A stretch of DNA of 64,000 nucleotides from Candidatus Aenigmatarchaeota archaeon (lineage in GTDB: Archaea; Aenigmatarchaeota; Aenigmatarchaeia; QMZP01; QMZT01): contig CAVSBQ010000002.1 in NCBI GenBank assembly GCA_963726265.1, forward strand, positions 736,001 to 800,000, written 5' to 3'. This document shows positions 39,601-49,224 of this stretch, one piece after another. Position 1 is the first letter of the stretch; each line of letters begins with the position of its first letter. Made by a program: the position numbers and the translations under genes. The notes under the pieces were generated by a model. It saw only the letters and a program-made list of their open reading frames with translations. It was not told the origin of the DNA and ran no database searches.

Positions 39601-39624
39601 TGAAAAATGCGCGGCAAAACACAA

Positions 39625-39689
39625 GATTGATTAATTTTCTTTTTTCCGGTTTCCACTACTATTTATTTTATAGTAATTAATTAATTATT
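39625..39689 (+). promoter_or_regulatory. AT-rich spacer with a T-tract (possible archaeal terminator) and a TATA-like element for the next gene
   Basis: TTTTCTTTTTT after the giant gene stop; TTTATTTTATA 17-28 nt before ATG 39690. Confidence 0.45.
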
Positions 39690-41309
39690 ATGGCGGGGAA
39701 AAGGGTGAAAACCACTAGTGTAAAGAAGGCCGCGCCAAAGATCGCGGCAAAAGCGAAGGACAAGGCTTCTTCTAAAGCTTCCAAGATCGTAACAAAAACC
39801 CAGGCAAAAAGCGCGCTTCCTTCTGAGAGCCTTGAGCAGCTGATGCACGAGAAAGAGGAGATACAGGCTCTGCTGTCGTCGCTTGAGGATGCTTACACTG
39901 AGGCGGCGATACTCGAGGACGACTACAACGACATAAAGGCCAAGAACGAGAAGAAGCTCGAGGACATAAGCAGGAAGATAGACATCCTCGCGAAAAGCCA
40001 GCCTGCCGCTGAAATGCCTGCAGTTGATCTGGCGGAGATGGCGAAACCCGCCGCAGCTTTCAGGATGCCGAAGATTCCGGTTTACGAGGAAGCCCCTCCT
40101 GAAGAGGAAGAACCAAAAGTCAAGGAAAAGTCTAAAAAAGAAAAGGCCGCAACCGAGGCGTTAGGCGCAGAGGACCTGAAGAAGCTCGAGGTCGACCTGG
40201 CGGAGAAGATAAGGCAGATGGTCGAGGACATAGGCGCGAAGGTTAGCGAGAAGGACCTGCTGGAGATGAAGAACAGCTTCGCCAAATTCGAGGCCGAGAT
40301 AGACAAGATGAAGGCGCAGGTCGAGGCGGTCAAAGAAGGCAGGAAGGTCGACGACGACAAAATACAGCGGGTCATTGAAGGCCTGGCCGAGGTAAGGACG
40401 ATGGTCTACGGCAGGGAGGCGTCGACCAAGGAGCAGGAGATAAAGTTCGAGAAGGCGATGGACATCATGGGCAGGATAGAGCCGGAGAAGATAATAATGG
40501 AAATCGGCAGGAGGGACAAGGAGATAAGCAATACCGGCCTCCGCATGAGCAAGCTCGAGGAAACGTCAAAGGAGTTCGGCGAGATGCTGAAGAGGATCGA
40601 GACGCTGCTGCGCAACGTCGGAAGCCTCGAGCACGTCATCACCATAAGCAATGAGGCATCCGAGAAGCTCATGATCATGGAAAACATCCAGAGGAGCAAC
40701 CAGAAGATGATGGACAAGATACAGGGCATCTACGCCGAGCTTAGCAAGAGGATGGAGGAATTCATGCTTTACCGCGCGAAACAGGACAGGATAGACGACC
40801 TGATGAACGACGTCATGAAGAACATGGACGACCTGACGACGAGGTCCGCGTATTTCGTGACCAAGGACGATCTCGAGTCGCTCAAGGCGAGCATACAGAC
40901 CACAATCGCCTCAGCGCCGGCTGCGCCGTCGGAGGCTTCGGGCCTGCAGGCGCAGAAGGAAGAGATAGAGATGCTGATGAAGTCCATGGAAGACGAATTC
41001 AAGAGCAGGACCATATCCAAGGAAGAATACGAGAAGATGAAGAAGGCGAACACGGCAAAGCTCATGGAGCTTGAAAGCAAGATAAGGAGCGGAACGGCGG
41101 CTCCGCTGCAGCCTCGCGTCTTCGAGAAACCGAAGCCCGCGAAGTCCGCTCCGAACAAGCCGAAGGAAACCCGGGAGGCAAAGCCGTCGAAAGAGATGAA
41201 AAGCAAGAATGACATGATGCTCAGGGACCTGGAGGACACTTACAGGAAGGGCTTCATCAGCAAGGAAGCTTACGATAAGACGAAGAAGATGATTTTGGGA
41301 AAAAGGTGA
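39690..41309 (+). CDS. Cytoplasmic coiled-coil protein with three SHOCT/CdvA-like helical motifs and a Lys/Ala-rich N-terminus
   Basis: 539 aa, E/K-rich heptads, no TM. Motifs LEDAYTEAAILEDDY, MEDEFKSRTISKEEY and LEDTYRKGFISKEAY. Confidence 0.85.
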   Translation: MAGKRVKTTSVKKAAPKIAAKAKDKASSKASKIVTKTQAKSALPSESLEQLMHEKEEIQALLSSLEDAYTEAAILEDDYNDIKAKNEKKLEDISRKIDILAKSQPAAEMPAVDLAEMAKPAAAFRMPKIPVYEEAPPEEEEPKVKEKSKKEKAATEALGAEDLKKLEVDLAEKIRQMVEDIGAKVSEKDLLEMKNSFAKFEAEIDKMKAQVEAVKEGRKVDDDKIQRVIEGLAEVRTMVYGREASTKEQEIKFEKAMDIMGRIEPEKIIMEIGRRDKEISNTGLRMSKLEETSKEFGEMLKRIETLLRNVGSLEHVITISNEASEKLMIMENIQRSNQKMMDKIQGIYAELSKRMEEFMLYRAKQDRIDDLMNDVMKNMDDLTTRSAYFVTKDDLESLKASIQTTIASAPAAPSEASGLQAQKEEIEMLMKSMEDEFKSRTISKEEYEKMKKANTAKLMELESKIRSGTAAPLQPRVFEKPKPAKSAPNKPKETREAKPSKEMKSKNDMMLRDLEDTYRKGFISKEAYDKTKKMILGKR

Positions 41310-41329
41310 GGTAAATCCGCCATGCGAAG

Positions 41330-44300
41330 TTGTTTTTGGCGTTTGCAATATTGTCCGTCATGGTGCTGGCGAGCATGTCCGGCATCTTTTCTCAGCAATA
41401 CGAGGACAAGTGGTGGGACGCCAACTGGCATTTCAGGGTCGGCATAGAGATAAACAACACGGGCTACAACAGGACTAACTGGACCGTCGAATACGCCATC
41501 AATTTCACCCAGGTCCTCCACAACATGAGCCTCTACGAAACGTTCGACGAGAACTCGACGCGCGTGGTGGAGTATAATTCCAGCGGCTCCATACTGCATG
41601 AAATCCCGTCGCAGTTCGACAAAGGCGACGGTTACGCTGCGGGTACGAACGCGGCCGGAACCGTCGTATTCACCATGAACGGCACCACCGTCGCGAACCA
41701 GAAGCGCTACTTTTACGTCTACTTCGACACGCTTGAGCACGGCAGCAAGGCCGTGGCAAATTACGCCACCGACCTTGTCTACAACTATACCGGCGGCATG
41801 GGGGAATTCAACATAAACAACTCGCTCTTCCGCTGGTGGATGGACACGGAGCGTGGAGAGAACACCTCGGGCATTTACTACGTGAGGAATGTCCGCGAGA
41901 ATACGGATGACGAAAACGAGATACTGAGGGTCAACGATTCCAACAACATGACGGTCGAGTATTCGCAGCTTTCGAACGCGACGGACAGGTTCGGCTTCGA
42001 CTTCAGGAACAACGCGACCTTCAAATACGCGGGCCCGGTCAGGATAGTGGTGGAGCAGCGCGGGGACGAGGTATACTGGAACCAGCCCGACAACAAGACC
42101 AACGAAGGCTACATGATAAAACGCTATACCTTTTACCGCTACAGCGACTGGATTAAAATAGAGCAAATTTACGTCAACAACGCGAGCTACAACATCACGA
42201 GGAACTCGACGGTCGCCGGCGCGCTCGCGCTTGACATTTATTATTCCTTCATGACCTCCGGCTACAGCACCTATTCCAACATGTCGAACACCATCGACCC
42301 AGGCTCCTACGGCTGGGCTTCGGAGGCCACCGGAACATGGTGGATAGGCATACTGAACCTTTACGAGAACGGCACCAGCAACTTCTTCGGCCTCGAGGAC
42401 AGCACGGCAGGAAGGCTGGGCATACAGCTCAACCTGACCAACATAAGCGCCGGCAGCTCAATAAGGCATGTCGCCGCCATCCAGTTCAACGGAAGCGGCC
42501 AGGCAGGCCAGGAAGAATATTTCAGGAACTTCGTTAACCAGAGCATCACTTCGCTTGATATAACAACCCTTGGCGGCGAGGCATGGACGGTCGTTACCGG
42601 CAAAAAATTCTACATGAACGCCACAAACGAGGCAAGCATATTCAACAGGAACGAGAGCATCAGGATATGGGCGAACATCACCGATCACTACAACCTGTCG
42701 AAGTTCGTCAATGCCAGCCTAAACCTCGGAGGCGCGGGCGAACTCAACCTGACGCTTTACGACGACGGCGCGCATGGCGACGGCGGGGCGAACGACAGCA
42801 TATATGCATACACCTACAACCTGTCCGATGCCGCCGCAGTGGGCGTGTGGAACGCGACGTTCAGGGTTTACAACGTGAGCGGCTACCTGCTCAACACGAG
42901 CTCATTAACGTTCAACGTCACCAACGTCTACAACGTCACGGTCAACATCTCGAACCCGACCGGCTTCACAGAAAGGCTCATAAACACGACGGTTTACGTG
43001 AAAAACTTCAGGGGCGACTCGTGGATTACGGGCGCAAGCCTGAACTGCGCTTTCGATTCCACCCCGGTGCCGTCACAGAACATAACTGACAAGGGGAACG
43101 GCACGTACAACGTCCTGTTCACCGCACCGTCTTACGCAGGGCTGTTCACGCTCGCGTGCAACGCGACGAGGAACAACAACACCGGCTACGCCACGGAAGA
43201 GTTCACGTGCGAGACCTACACCACCAACATAACCATAATGCCCACGCCCCAGAATTTCACGGCGGCGAATGTCACGTCCTATTCGAACCAGACCTTCAAC
43301 CTGAGCGTCTTCGCCTTGAACACCGCGAACGGAACGGCGTATGACATGAACCTATCGCTGGTCTTCTCCACACCGAACATAACCGCCAATGTGACGCAGC
43401 AGGGATGCGGCAACGTGTTCATCTCCAAGAACTGCACCAAAACCTTCCAGGTCATAATCACGAGCCTGACGCCCCAAGGCAACTACACGGCAAACATAAG
43501 CGCCTCCTGGAGGAACTCCAACGCGTCTGTCGCAGGCCATAACAGCACCATCATGAACATCACAGTCATGCCGAATCCCATCCTCAACGTTTCAGACACT
43601 TACATGATCGCCCTGATAGCGGCAGGCAAGGTACTCAGGAACATAAAGAACGTCACCGTTTATTCCCTGGGCAACGAGCCCCTCTCCAACGTCAGTTTCA
43701 ATGTTTTCAATTTCGGCAACAACTTCACCTTCGGTTTCGTCCCCGCGAATCTCACCTTGCTCGGAGCCGGGACGTCGCAAAGCGTGGAGATATGGCTCAA
43801 CGCCACCGCGGACACGCCGCCCGGCGAATACAACGGCACCATAAACGTGACGACTTCGAACGACGGCTCAAAGGCCATGAACCTCACCATCGCCGTCTCC
43901 GGAACCAACATGTCGCTGGTGCTTGACAAATACAATTTCACCGCAGAGAACGTGACATGGTACCAGAACCAGAGCTTCCCGCTTTACATCAACACCAGCA
44001 ACATGGGCAACTCGACAGCATACAACGTCAGCATGATGCTCAATTTCTCCGACACCAACATAACTTCCAGCGCAAATACTTATGCCTGCGGCAACGTCCC
44101 CAAAGGCGCGCTTTGCAACGCGTCCTTCGCCATAAACATCCTCAACCGCACCCATTCGGGCAACTACACCATCAACGTCAGCATCCAGTGGGAAGACCCT
44201 GACCAGGGGACTAGCTCCAACACGACTCTCTTCAACATAACAGTCACGTCGCACATAAACCTTTCCATACCGCAGAATTCCATCTCGAACAACGTCACCC

Positions 44301-47248
44301 ACGGGACCGAGAAGGAGATAGGCATCCTCATACTGAACTCGACGGGCAACGACCCCGTGGAGAACATAAACTTTACCGTCTACAACTTCAGCTCTGATTT
44401 CACCTTCGAGTTCATCCCCTCCAGCATCTCCTGGCTCGGAGGCGAATACCCCCAGGGCCTCAAGATAAATGCGACCGTGAGGTATGGCCAGCCGCCCGGG
44501 ACATACGCAGGGATACTCAACGTCACCAGCTCCAACAGCGGCAACAAGGCAATAAACCTCACGCTGGAGGTGCCGACTTCGATGACTTGGAACATGAGCG
44601 CTACCTACTGCGAGAAGGTCGAGTCGCCCGAAGAGGGGACGGCCTGCGAAATCGTGGTCAACAACACGGGCAACGTCATCGTAAACTACAGCATAACGCC
44701 CGTCGCCAATGCGACGAACATGTTCAACTACACGTGGACGAACAAGACCAGCTTCGTCGTCCCCAACGGGACTTTCGTGACCTTCGCCGTCCTTTACAAC
44801 ATAACCAACCAGACCATAAAATTCTACTATGCCAATTACACTGTCGACGCCCTGCAGGGCGGCTCAAGCCCGGACAGCCTGCTGCTGCAGATAATCCTCA
44901 ACCCCTTCATAAAGCCGAACGTCGAGGTTTTCGTCTACCCCAACATGACCGAGCAGACTGATGGGGTGTGGATATACGCCAACGTCACCGACCAGTCGGG
45001 CGCTGGCATAGCCGACGGCAACGTGACCGCGACGGTAAGAAAACCGGACGGCACGAATTCGACGGTGGCCATGCTTTTCTACAGCGGCGTGCACACGGGC
45101 GGCGTTTCAAGATGGAAAATACAATACCCGAGCAACTTCAGCGGCGGCGCGAACACGACGCTCAAGGGCTACTATAACATAAGCATTTTCGCAATCGATG
45201 GCCAGGGCAAGAACACCACACACAATACGACTGCCTTTTTAATATACTATAAGCTCTTTGTCGAACTCAACGCCAGCCAGCACGCATACAGGGGCGATTC
45301 GCTGGAGATAAGGCTCAGGTCTCATGACGCTCTGGGAGCGCCGCTGCCGGGAGCCAGCGTGAATCTCACGCTCACGGACCCCAACGGCGGCAACAAGGAC
45401 TACTACATGTGGGGCGGCAAGTATTTCGTAACGGATTCAAACGGAGACGCGGGAGGCTTTTATCTCATACCGTCGAATGCGATACTCGGCAACTACACCT
45501 TCGCTTCCAATGCCTCATACAACGAGACCACTGTCAGCAGGACGATACAAAACACATCTTCGCTGCAGTTTGACGTGAGGGACGTGAGCGAAGTGTCGGC
45601 GATGGCTGACATTCCCGACCCCGTTTACAGGGACAAGGTGATGCCGATCAGCATCTTCATCCTCGACCACGGCGAATGCGTCCAGACAGAGCCCGACACC
45701 ATAGAGCTCACGATATATTATACCGAGGGCTATTCGCTCCAGCAGTGGAGGAGGCTTACGAAGCTGAACCTTACCCAGAACTCGACATGCTTCTACACGT
45801 ACGGTGAACTCATCGGCAGCAACGTCCTGACAGGCAGTTATCTGGCCGTCCTGAGGGTCGGCTATGGCGACAAGGAGGCATGGGACCTGAAGGCTTTCAG
45901 GATAACTACCGGCGGCCCATACGACGTCGCTGTGAACATGCTGGAGACGTCCGTCCCGAAGGCCGACTACGTCGACTTCGAGCTGCTGCTCACGAACATG
46001 GGCGGCACGACGCCGGACGTCCTTGTCGAATACTGGGTCTCGGGGGCGAATCAGACATGGGATTACAGGTCCGAATCCATCATGGTCAACGCCTATGCGA
46101 ACAGAACGCTGTTGAGGAGCCTCTACATCCGGTCTGACCAGTCGGTCGGCCAGTATTACGTGAACGCGAAGGTCACGTACGACCCGATAAACAACCTTTA
46201 CGCGATTGCAAACTCAAGTTTCACCGTCACTGAGGCCGCTGCAGAACAGCCTCCAGGCGGGGCGCCGGGAGGCGGCGCAGAAGAGGGCGGAGGAGCTGCG
46301 ATTTCTTCCGCGCCGCCCAAGATAGAAATCATACGATACCCGCAGGAGCTCGGCATGGAGCTGGATACGGTAAAATATCCCGTCGTCGAGGTGAAGAACT
46401 CAGGCGGCTCCAAGCTGTATAACGTGACGCTCAGGCTGAGCGGGATTCCCTCGCCGTGGGTACAGGAAATAACGCCGAAGGTCATACCGGAAATCCCGGT
46501 GGGCAACATCTCCATCTTCACCATAACGCTAAAGATTCCGCCAACCGCGGAAGCGAAGGAATACGCGGGCCAGATAATCGCCGACGCGAACATCACGAAA
46601 GACGAGAAGACGTTCTCGCTCACGCTTTTCACGACCCGCGCGCAGCTCATCAGCTGGGAGATAGACAGGCTGAAGAAGGCGCTGCAGCAATTCGAGGTCG
46701 ACGTCGAAAGCGCGAAGAAGGCCGGCAAGAACGTTAAGGACGTCACCCCATACATCGACCAGATAAAGGAGCAGATAAGGCTCGCCGAGGACTACCTGGG
46801 AAAGAAGATGTATGACGAGTCGCTCAGCGCGGTCCAGAGCGGCTGGAGCATGCTCGAAAAGGCGAGATACCTTCTGGCTCAGGCGCCGTTCACCGAGATA
46901 CTTATAGAGACGATATTCCCGCCGTGGCTCATCGCCCTGCTGGTCGTGCTCGTGGTCGCGATAGCCATACTGCTGTTCTTCGTGAGGAGGATGAAGGGCG
47001 TTTTCGACAGGATATTCAGGATGCAGGCGCCCGGAGGCGGCGGGGCGGCGAAGCCTTCGGTCATGGTCGAGAAGATGAAGGAGCGGGAGAACCTGGGAAA
47101 GGAAGAGATGAACATCAGAAAGGTCATGGGCCTGCTGGAGAGGCAGTACAAGGAAGGCCTCATAACCGAAAACGCCTACATGAGCCTCAAGGCAAGGAAC
47201 GAGGAGAAGCTTGCGAAAATCGAGCAGATGAAAGCGGCGATGAAGTGA
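41330..47248 (+). CDS. Large (~1,970 aa) secreted, C-terminally membrane-anchored surface glycoprotein; true start probably ATG 41322
   Basis: Hydrophobic signal FLAFAILSVMVLASM. WWDANWHFRVGIEI resembles a DUF2341-like start, and LYDDGAHGDGGANDSIY follows. Ig-like repeats, G/P/A linker, TM WLIALLVVLVVAIAILLFFV (~46925-46984), and cytoplasmic tail LERQYKEGLITENAY. Confidence 0.9.
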   Translation: MFLAFAILSVMVLASMSGIFSQQYEDKWWDANWHFRVGIEINNTGYNRTNWTVEYAINFTQVLHNMSLYETFDENSTRVVEYNSSGSILHEIPSQFDKGDGYAAGTNAAGTVVFTMNGTTVANQKRYFYVYFDTLEHGSKAVANYATDLVYNYTGGMGEFNINNSLFRWWMDTERGENTSGIYYVRNVRENTDDENEILRVNDSNNMTVEYSQLSNATDRFGFDFRNNATFKYAGPVRIVVEQRGDEVYWNQPDNKTNEGYMIKRYTFYRYSDWIKIEQIYVNNASYNITRNSTVAGALALDIYYSFMTSGYSTYSNMSNTIDPGSYGWASEATGTWWIGILNLYENGTSNFFGLEDSTAGRLGIQLNLTNISAGSSIRHVAAIQFNGSGQAGQEEYFRNFVNQSITSLDITTLGGEAWTVVTGKKFYMNATNEASIFNRNESIRIWANITDHYNLSKFVNASLNLGGAGELNLTLYDDGAHGDGGANDSIYAYTYNLSDAAAVGVWNATFRVYNVSGYLLNTSSLTFNVTNVYNVTVNISNPTGFTERLINTTVYVKNFRGDSWITGASLNCAFDSTPVPSQNITDKGNGTYNVLFTAPSYAGLFTLACNATRNNNTGYATEEFTCETYTTNITIMPTPQNFTAANVTSYSNQTFNLSVFALNTANGTAYDMNLSLVFSTPNITANVTQQGCGNVFISKNCTKTFQVIITSLTPQGNYTANISASWRNSNASVAGHNSTIMNITVMPNPILNVSDTYMIALIAAGKVLRNIKNVTVYSLGNEPLSNVSFNVFNFGNNFTFGFVPANLTLLGAGTSQSVEIWLNATADTPPGEYNGTINVTTSNDGSKAMNLTIAVSGTNMSLVLDKYNFTAENVTWYQNQSFPLYINTSNMGNSTAYNVSMMLNFSDTNITSSANTYACGNVPKGALCNASFAINILNRTHSGNYTINVSIQWEDPDQGTSSNTTLFNITVTSHINLSIPQNSISNNVTHGTEKEIGILILNSTGNDPVENINFTVYNFSSDFTFEFIPSSISWLGGEYPQGLKINATVRYGQPPGTYAGILNVTSSNSGNKAINLTLEVPTSMTWNMSATYCEKVESPEEGTACEIVVNNTGNVIVNYSITPVANATNMFNYTWTNKTSFVVPNGTFVTFAVLYNITNQTIKFYYANYTVDALQGGSSPDSLLLQIILNPFIKPNVEVFVYPNMTEQTDGVWIYANVTDQSGAGIADGNVTATVRKPDGTNSTVAMLFYSGVHTGGVSRWKIQYPSNFSGGANTTLKGYYNISIFAIDGQGKNTTHNTTAFLIYYKLFVELNASQHAYRGDSLEIRLRSHDALGAPLPGASVNLTLTDPNGGNKDYYMWGGKYFVTDSNGDAGGFYLIPSNAILGNYTFASNASYNETTVSRTIQNTSSLQFDVRDVSEVSAMADIPDPVYRDKVMPISIFILDHGECVQTEPDTIELTIYYTEGYSLQQWRRLTKLNLTQNSTCFYTYGELIGSNVLTGSYLAVLRVGYGDKEAWDLKAFRITTGGPYDVAVNMLETSVPKADYVDFELLLTNMGGTTPDVLVEYWVSGANQTWDYRSESIMVNAYANRTLLRSLYIRSDQSVGQYYVNAKVTYDPINNLYAIANSSFTVTEAAAEQPPGGAPGGGAEEGGGAAISSAPPKIEIIRYPQELGMELDTVKYPVVEVKNSGGSKLYNVTLRLSGIPSPWVQEITPKVIPEIPVGNISIFTITLKIPPTAEAKEYAGQIIADANITKDEKTFSLTLFTTRAQLISWEIDRLKKALQQFEVDVESAKKAGKNVKDVTPYIDQIKEQIRLAEDYLGKKMYDESLSAVQSGWSMLEKARYLLAQAPFTEILIETIFPPWLIALLVVLVVAIAILLFFVRRMKGVFDRIFRMQAPGGGGAAKPSVMVEKMKERENLGKEEMNIRKVMGLLERQYKEGLITENAYMSLKARNEEKLAKIEQMKAAMK

Positions 47249-47430
47249 CGCCGCAACACTAAATACCCATAATAAATAGGACATCCGTGCAAAAAAGCAG
47301 CTGATTTTTAGGCCGTTCCAACAAACGGTTAATGTTCCAGGAAGGGGGGTGGGTATTTAATAACCCCCCGGGAATAGTATATTTATATAAGTAATGGCCC
47401 TTTCATACAGGAAAGTAATGGCGTGGTCGC

Positions 47431-48093
47431 ATGAGAACCAAGCAGAAGATAACGGACTACAAGAATTTCTGGCTCATATGGATAAACTGCGCCGGCGGCG
47501 AAAAAGGGATATCGCTTTTTGAGATACAGACCAGCTGGGACGTGAAGACGAACTACCTCTACCACAACGAGGTCGGCCTTAAAAGCCCGCTCTTCCGCAG
47601 CATGACGAGGGAGAATTACATAACCAAGGAAGGCAAGCGGCTGAAGGCAAAGTTCGAGTGGATTCCCGCGTATGTCAGGGAGAAATACCCCGCGAAGGAA
47701 ACGAACGAAAGCTGGCTGCCCGATTTCCTGATAAGAACCAGGTGGCCGGCCGTCCAGAAATTCATGGAGAAATACCATGCCGTCCTTTTCGACGTGAAAA
47801 ACCTGAAGATTCTATACAGGAACGACAAGGAGCTCGTGGGGCGGTATGGCCCGCAGATATTCGCGGACGTTCTCCTTTACGTGCTCTTCTCGAACCTCAG
47901 GGTCTTCTGCAAGAAATACGAAGCCGACGTCGTGCTCCGCATGATTACGACGTCCATATCAATCGCCTGCGAGAGGGACATAATGAATTACATGCGCGTG
48001 ATCGACTCGAAACTCGGGAAGGTGGTCGACTTCCCCGTGCTCGTTCGCGACGAAAACGAGCTCTCGAGGATGCTGTGCGCACTCAAGTGGTGA
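47431..48093 (+). CDS. Hypothetical protein (220 aa)
   Basis: ATG-started ORF with codon usage like its neighbours and an upstream TATATTTATATAA. No motif recognised. Confidence 0.75.
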   Translation: MRTKQKITDYKNFWLIWINCAGGEKGISLFEIQTSWDVKTNYLYHNEVGLKSPLFRSMTRENYITKEGKRLKAKFEWIPAYVREKYPAKETNESWLPDFLIRTRWPAVQKFMEKYHAVLFDVKNLKILYRNDKELVGRYGPQIFADVLLYVLFSNLRVFCKKYEADVVLRMITTSISIACERDIMNYMRVIDSKLGKVVDFPVLVRDENELSRMLCALKW

Positions 48094-48153
48094 AGCAACG
48101 GCCAACGAAGCAAAGATTTAAGAAATAAAAACAAGGTATACGCAGAGGGTAAT

Positions 48154-48924
48154 ATGAGCAGGGTAATAGGCATAATTTCCGGCAAGGGTGGGGTTGGCAA
48201 GACGACCGTAGTGGCGAATCTCGGCTCCATCCTCGCGCAGAAGTTCAAGAAAGACGTCATCGTCATCGACTGCAACGTCTCGACGTCGCATCTCGGGCTC
48301 TACCTGGGCATGTATTACACGCCCGTCACTTTGAACCAGGCCCTTACAGGCGAGGCGAAAATAGAGGATGCCATTTACAATTATCACATAAGCGGCTTGC
48401 GCGTCATACCAGCGTCGCTTTCGTTCAGCGACCTGAAGGGCGTGGACATCGCGCGCCTGAGGAACACGATAAAGAAACTCTTTGGCAAGGCGGACATCAT
48501 ACTACTCGACGCCGCTCCCGGCCTCGGCAGGGAGGCGATGGCGACGGTCCGCGCGTCGGACGAGGTCATATTCGTGAACACGCCGTTCGTGCCGTCGACG
48601 ATGGACATCATAAAATGCCATCAGGTGGCGAATGAGATGGGCGTCAAGCCGCTGGGAGTGATACTCAACATGGTGGGCAGGGAGAAATACGAGCTCACGC
48701 CCAAGGAGGTCGAGGAGCTCATAGAGCTGCCCGTCATATCCAGCATACCCGTGGACAAGAACGTGTTGCGCAGCCTCGCGCTCAAGATGCCAGTCGTCCT
48801 TTTCTCGCCGGGTTCGCCTTCGAGCAAGGAATTCGTCCGCCTGGCCGCGCACCTGCTCGGCGAGAAGTACGAGCCCGAGGGGCTTTTCACAAACTTCTTC
48901 AGGATGTTCTCCAGAAAGAAGTAA
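48154..48924 (+). CDS. minD: MinD/ParA-family ATPase (archaeal MinD type)
   Basis: Deviant Walker A SGKGGVGKTT, IILLDAAPGLG and LGVILNMV. C-terminal amphipathic helix GLFTNFFRMFSRKK. Confidence 0.92.
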   Translation: MSRVIGIISGKGGVGKTTVVANLGSILAQKFKKDVIVIDCNVSTSHLGLYLGMYYTPVTLNQALTGEAKIEDAIYNYHISGLRVIPASLSFSDLKGVDIARLRNTIKKLFGKADIILLDAAPGLGREAMATVRASDEVIFVNTPFVPSTMDIIKCHQVANEMGVKPLGVILNMVGREKYELTPKEVEELIELPVISSIPVDKNVLRSLALKMPVVLFSPGSPSSKEFVRLAAHLLGEKYEPEGLFTNFFRMFSRKK

Positions 48925-48952
48925 TTTATAGAAACCTCGCGAAATTATCTAT

Positions 48953-49219
48953 ATGATGTATGAGATTGCTGTCATAGCTCTGCTCGCGGTAATCTGCTTT
49001 TTATTATACAAGTTATATAGAATAAAATATACGGTTGGGGCAGGCAGAACGGGGTTTATACCCGAGAATCTGAAGAAGGACCTCGATGACATCGTTCCGG
49101 AGAGAAAAAGGGAAACGGAGATGAGGTTCAGCGACATTAATGCTAGAATTTCCGGGCTCGAACGAAGGCTCGAAAAGAGTGAAAGGTTTGTCGAAAAGCT
49201 TATCGAAGAGCTTGGTTAA
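48953..49219 (+). CDS. Small single-TM protein with cytoplasmic coiled-coil
   Basis: N-terminal IAVIALLAVICFLLY followed by INARISGLERRLEKSERFVEKL. Confidence 0.75.
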   Translation: MMYEIAVIALLAVICFLLYKLYRIKYTVGAGRTGFIPENLKKDLDDIVPERKRETEMRFSDINARISGLERRLEKSERFVEKLIEELG

Positions 49220-49224
49220 TCGGG

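Noticed and set aside
756..39600. Alternative genetic code or stop-codon readthrough as the cause of fragmentation
   Set aside because: The protein continues in a different frame at each resolvable break rather than past an in-frame stop. TAA, TAG and TGA all end normal genes in the window.
38520..39600. Canonical HerA DNA-repair helicase
   Set aside because: No HAS barrel is evident, the domain follows a TM helix and extracellular domains, and nurA/mre11/rad50 are absent from the window.
47310..47372. Possible archaeal ORB/replication origin (GTTCCA twice, G-string, GGGGGGT/ACCCCCC inverted repeat)
   Set aside because: The spacing does not fit the TCCA-n3-GAAA core, the spacer is short and there is no orc1/cdc6 nearby. 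At most it is a small hairpin or regulatory site.
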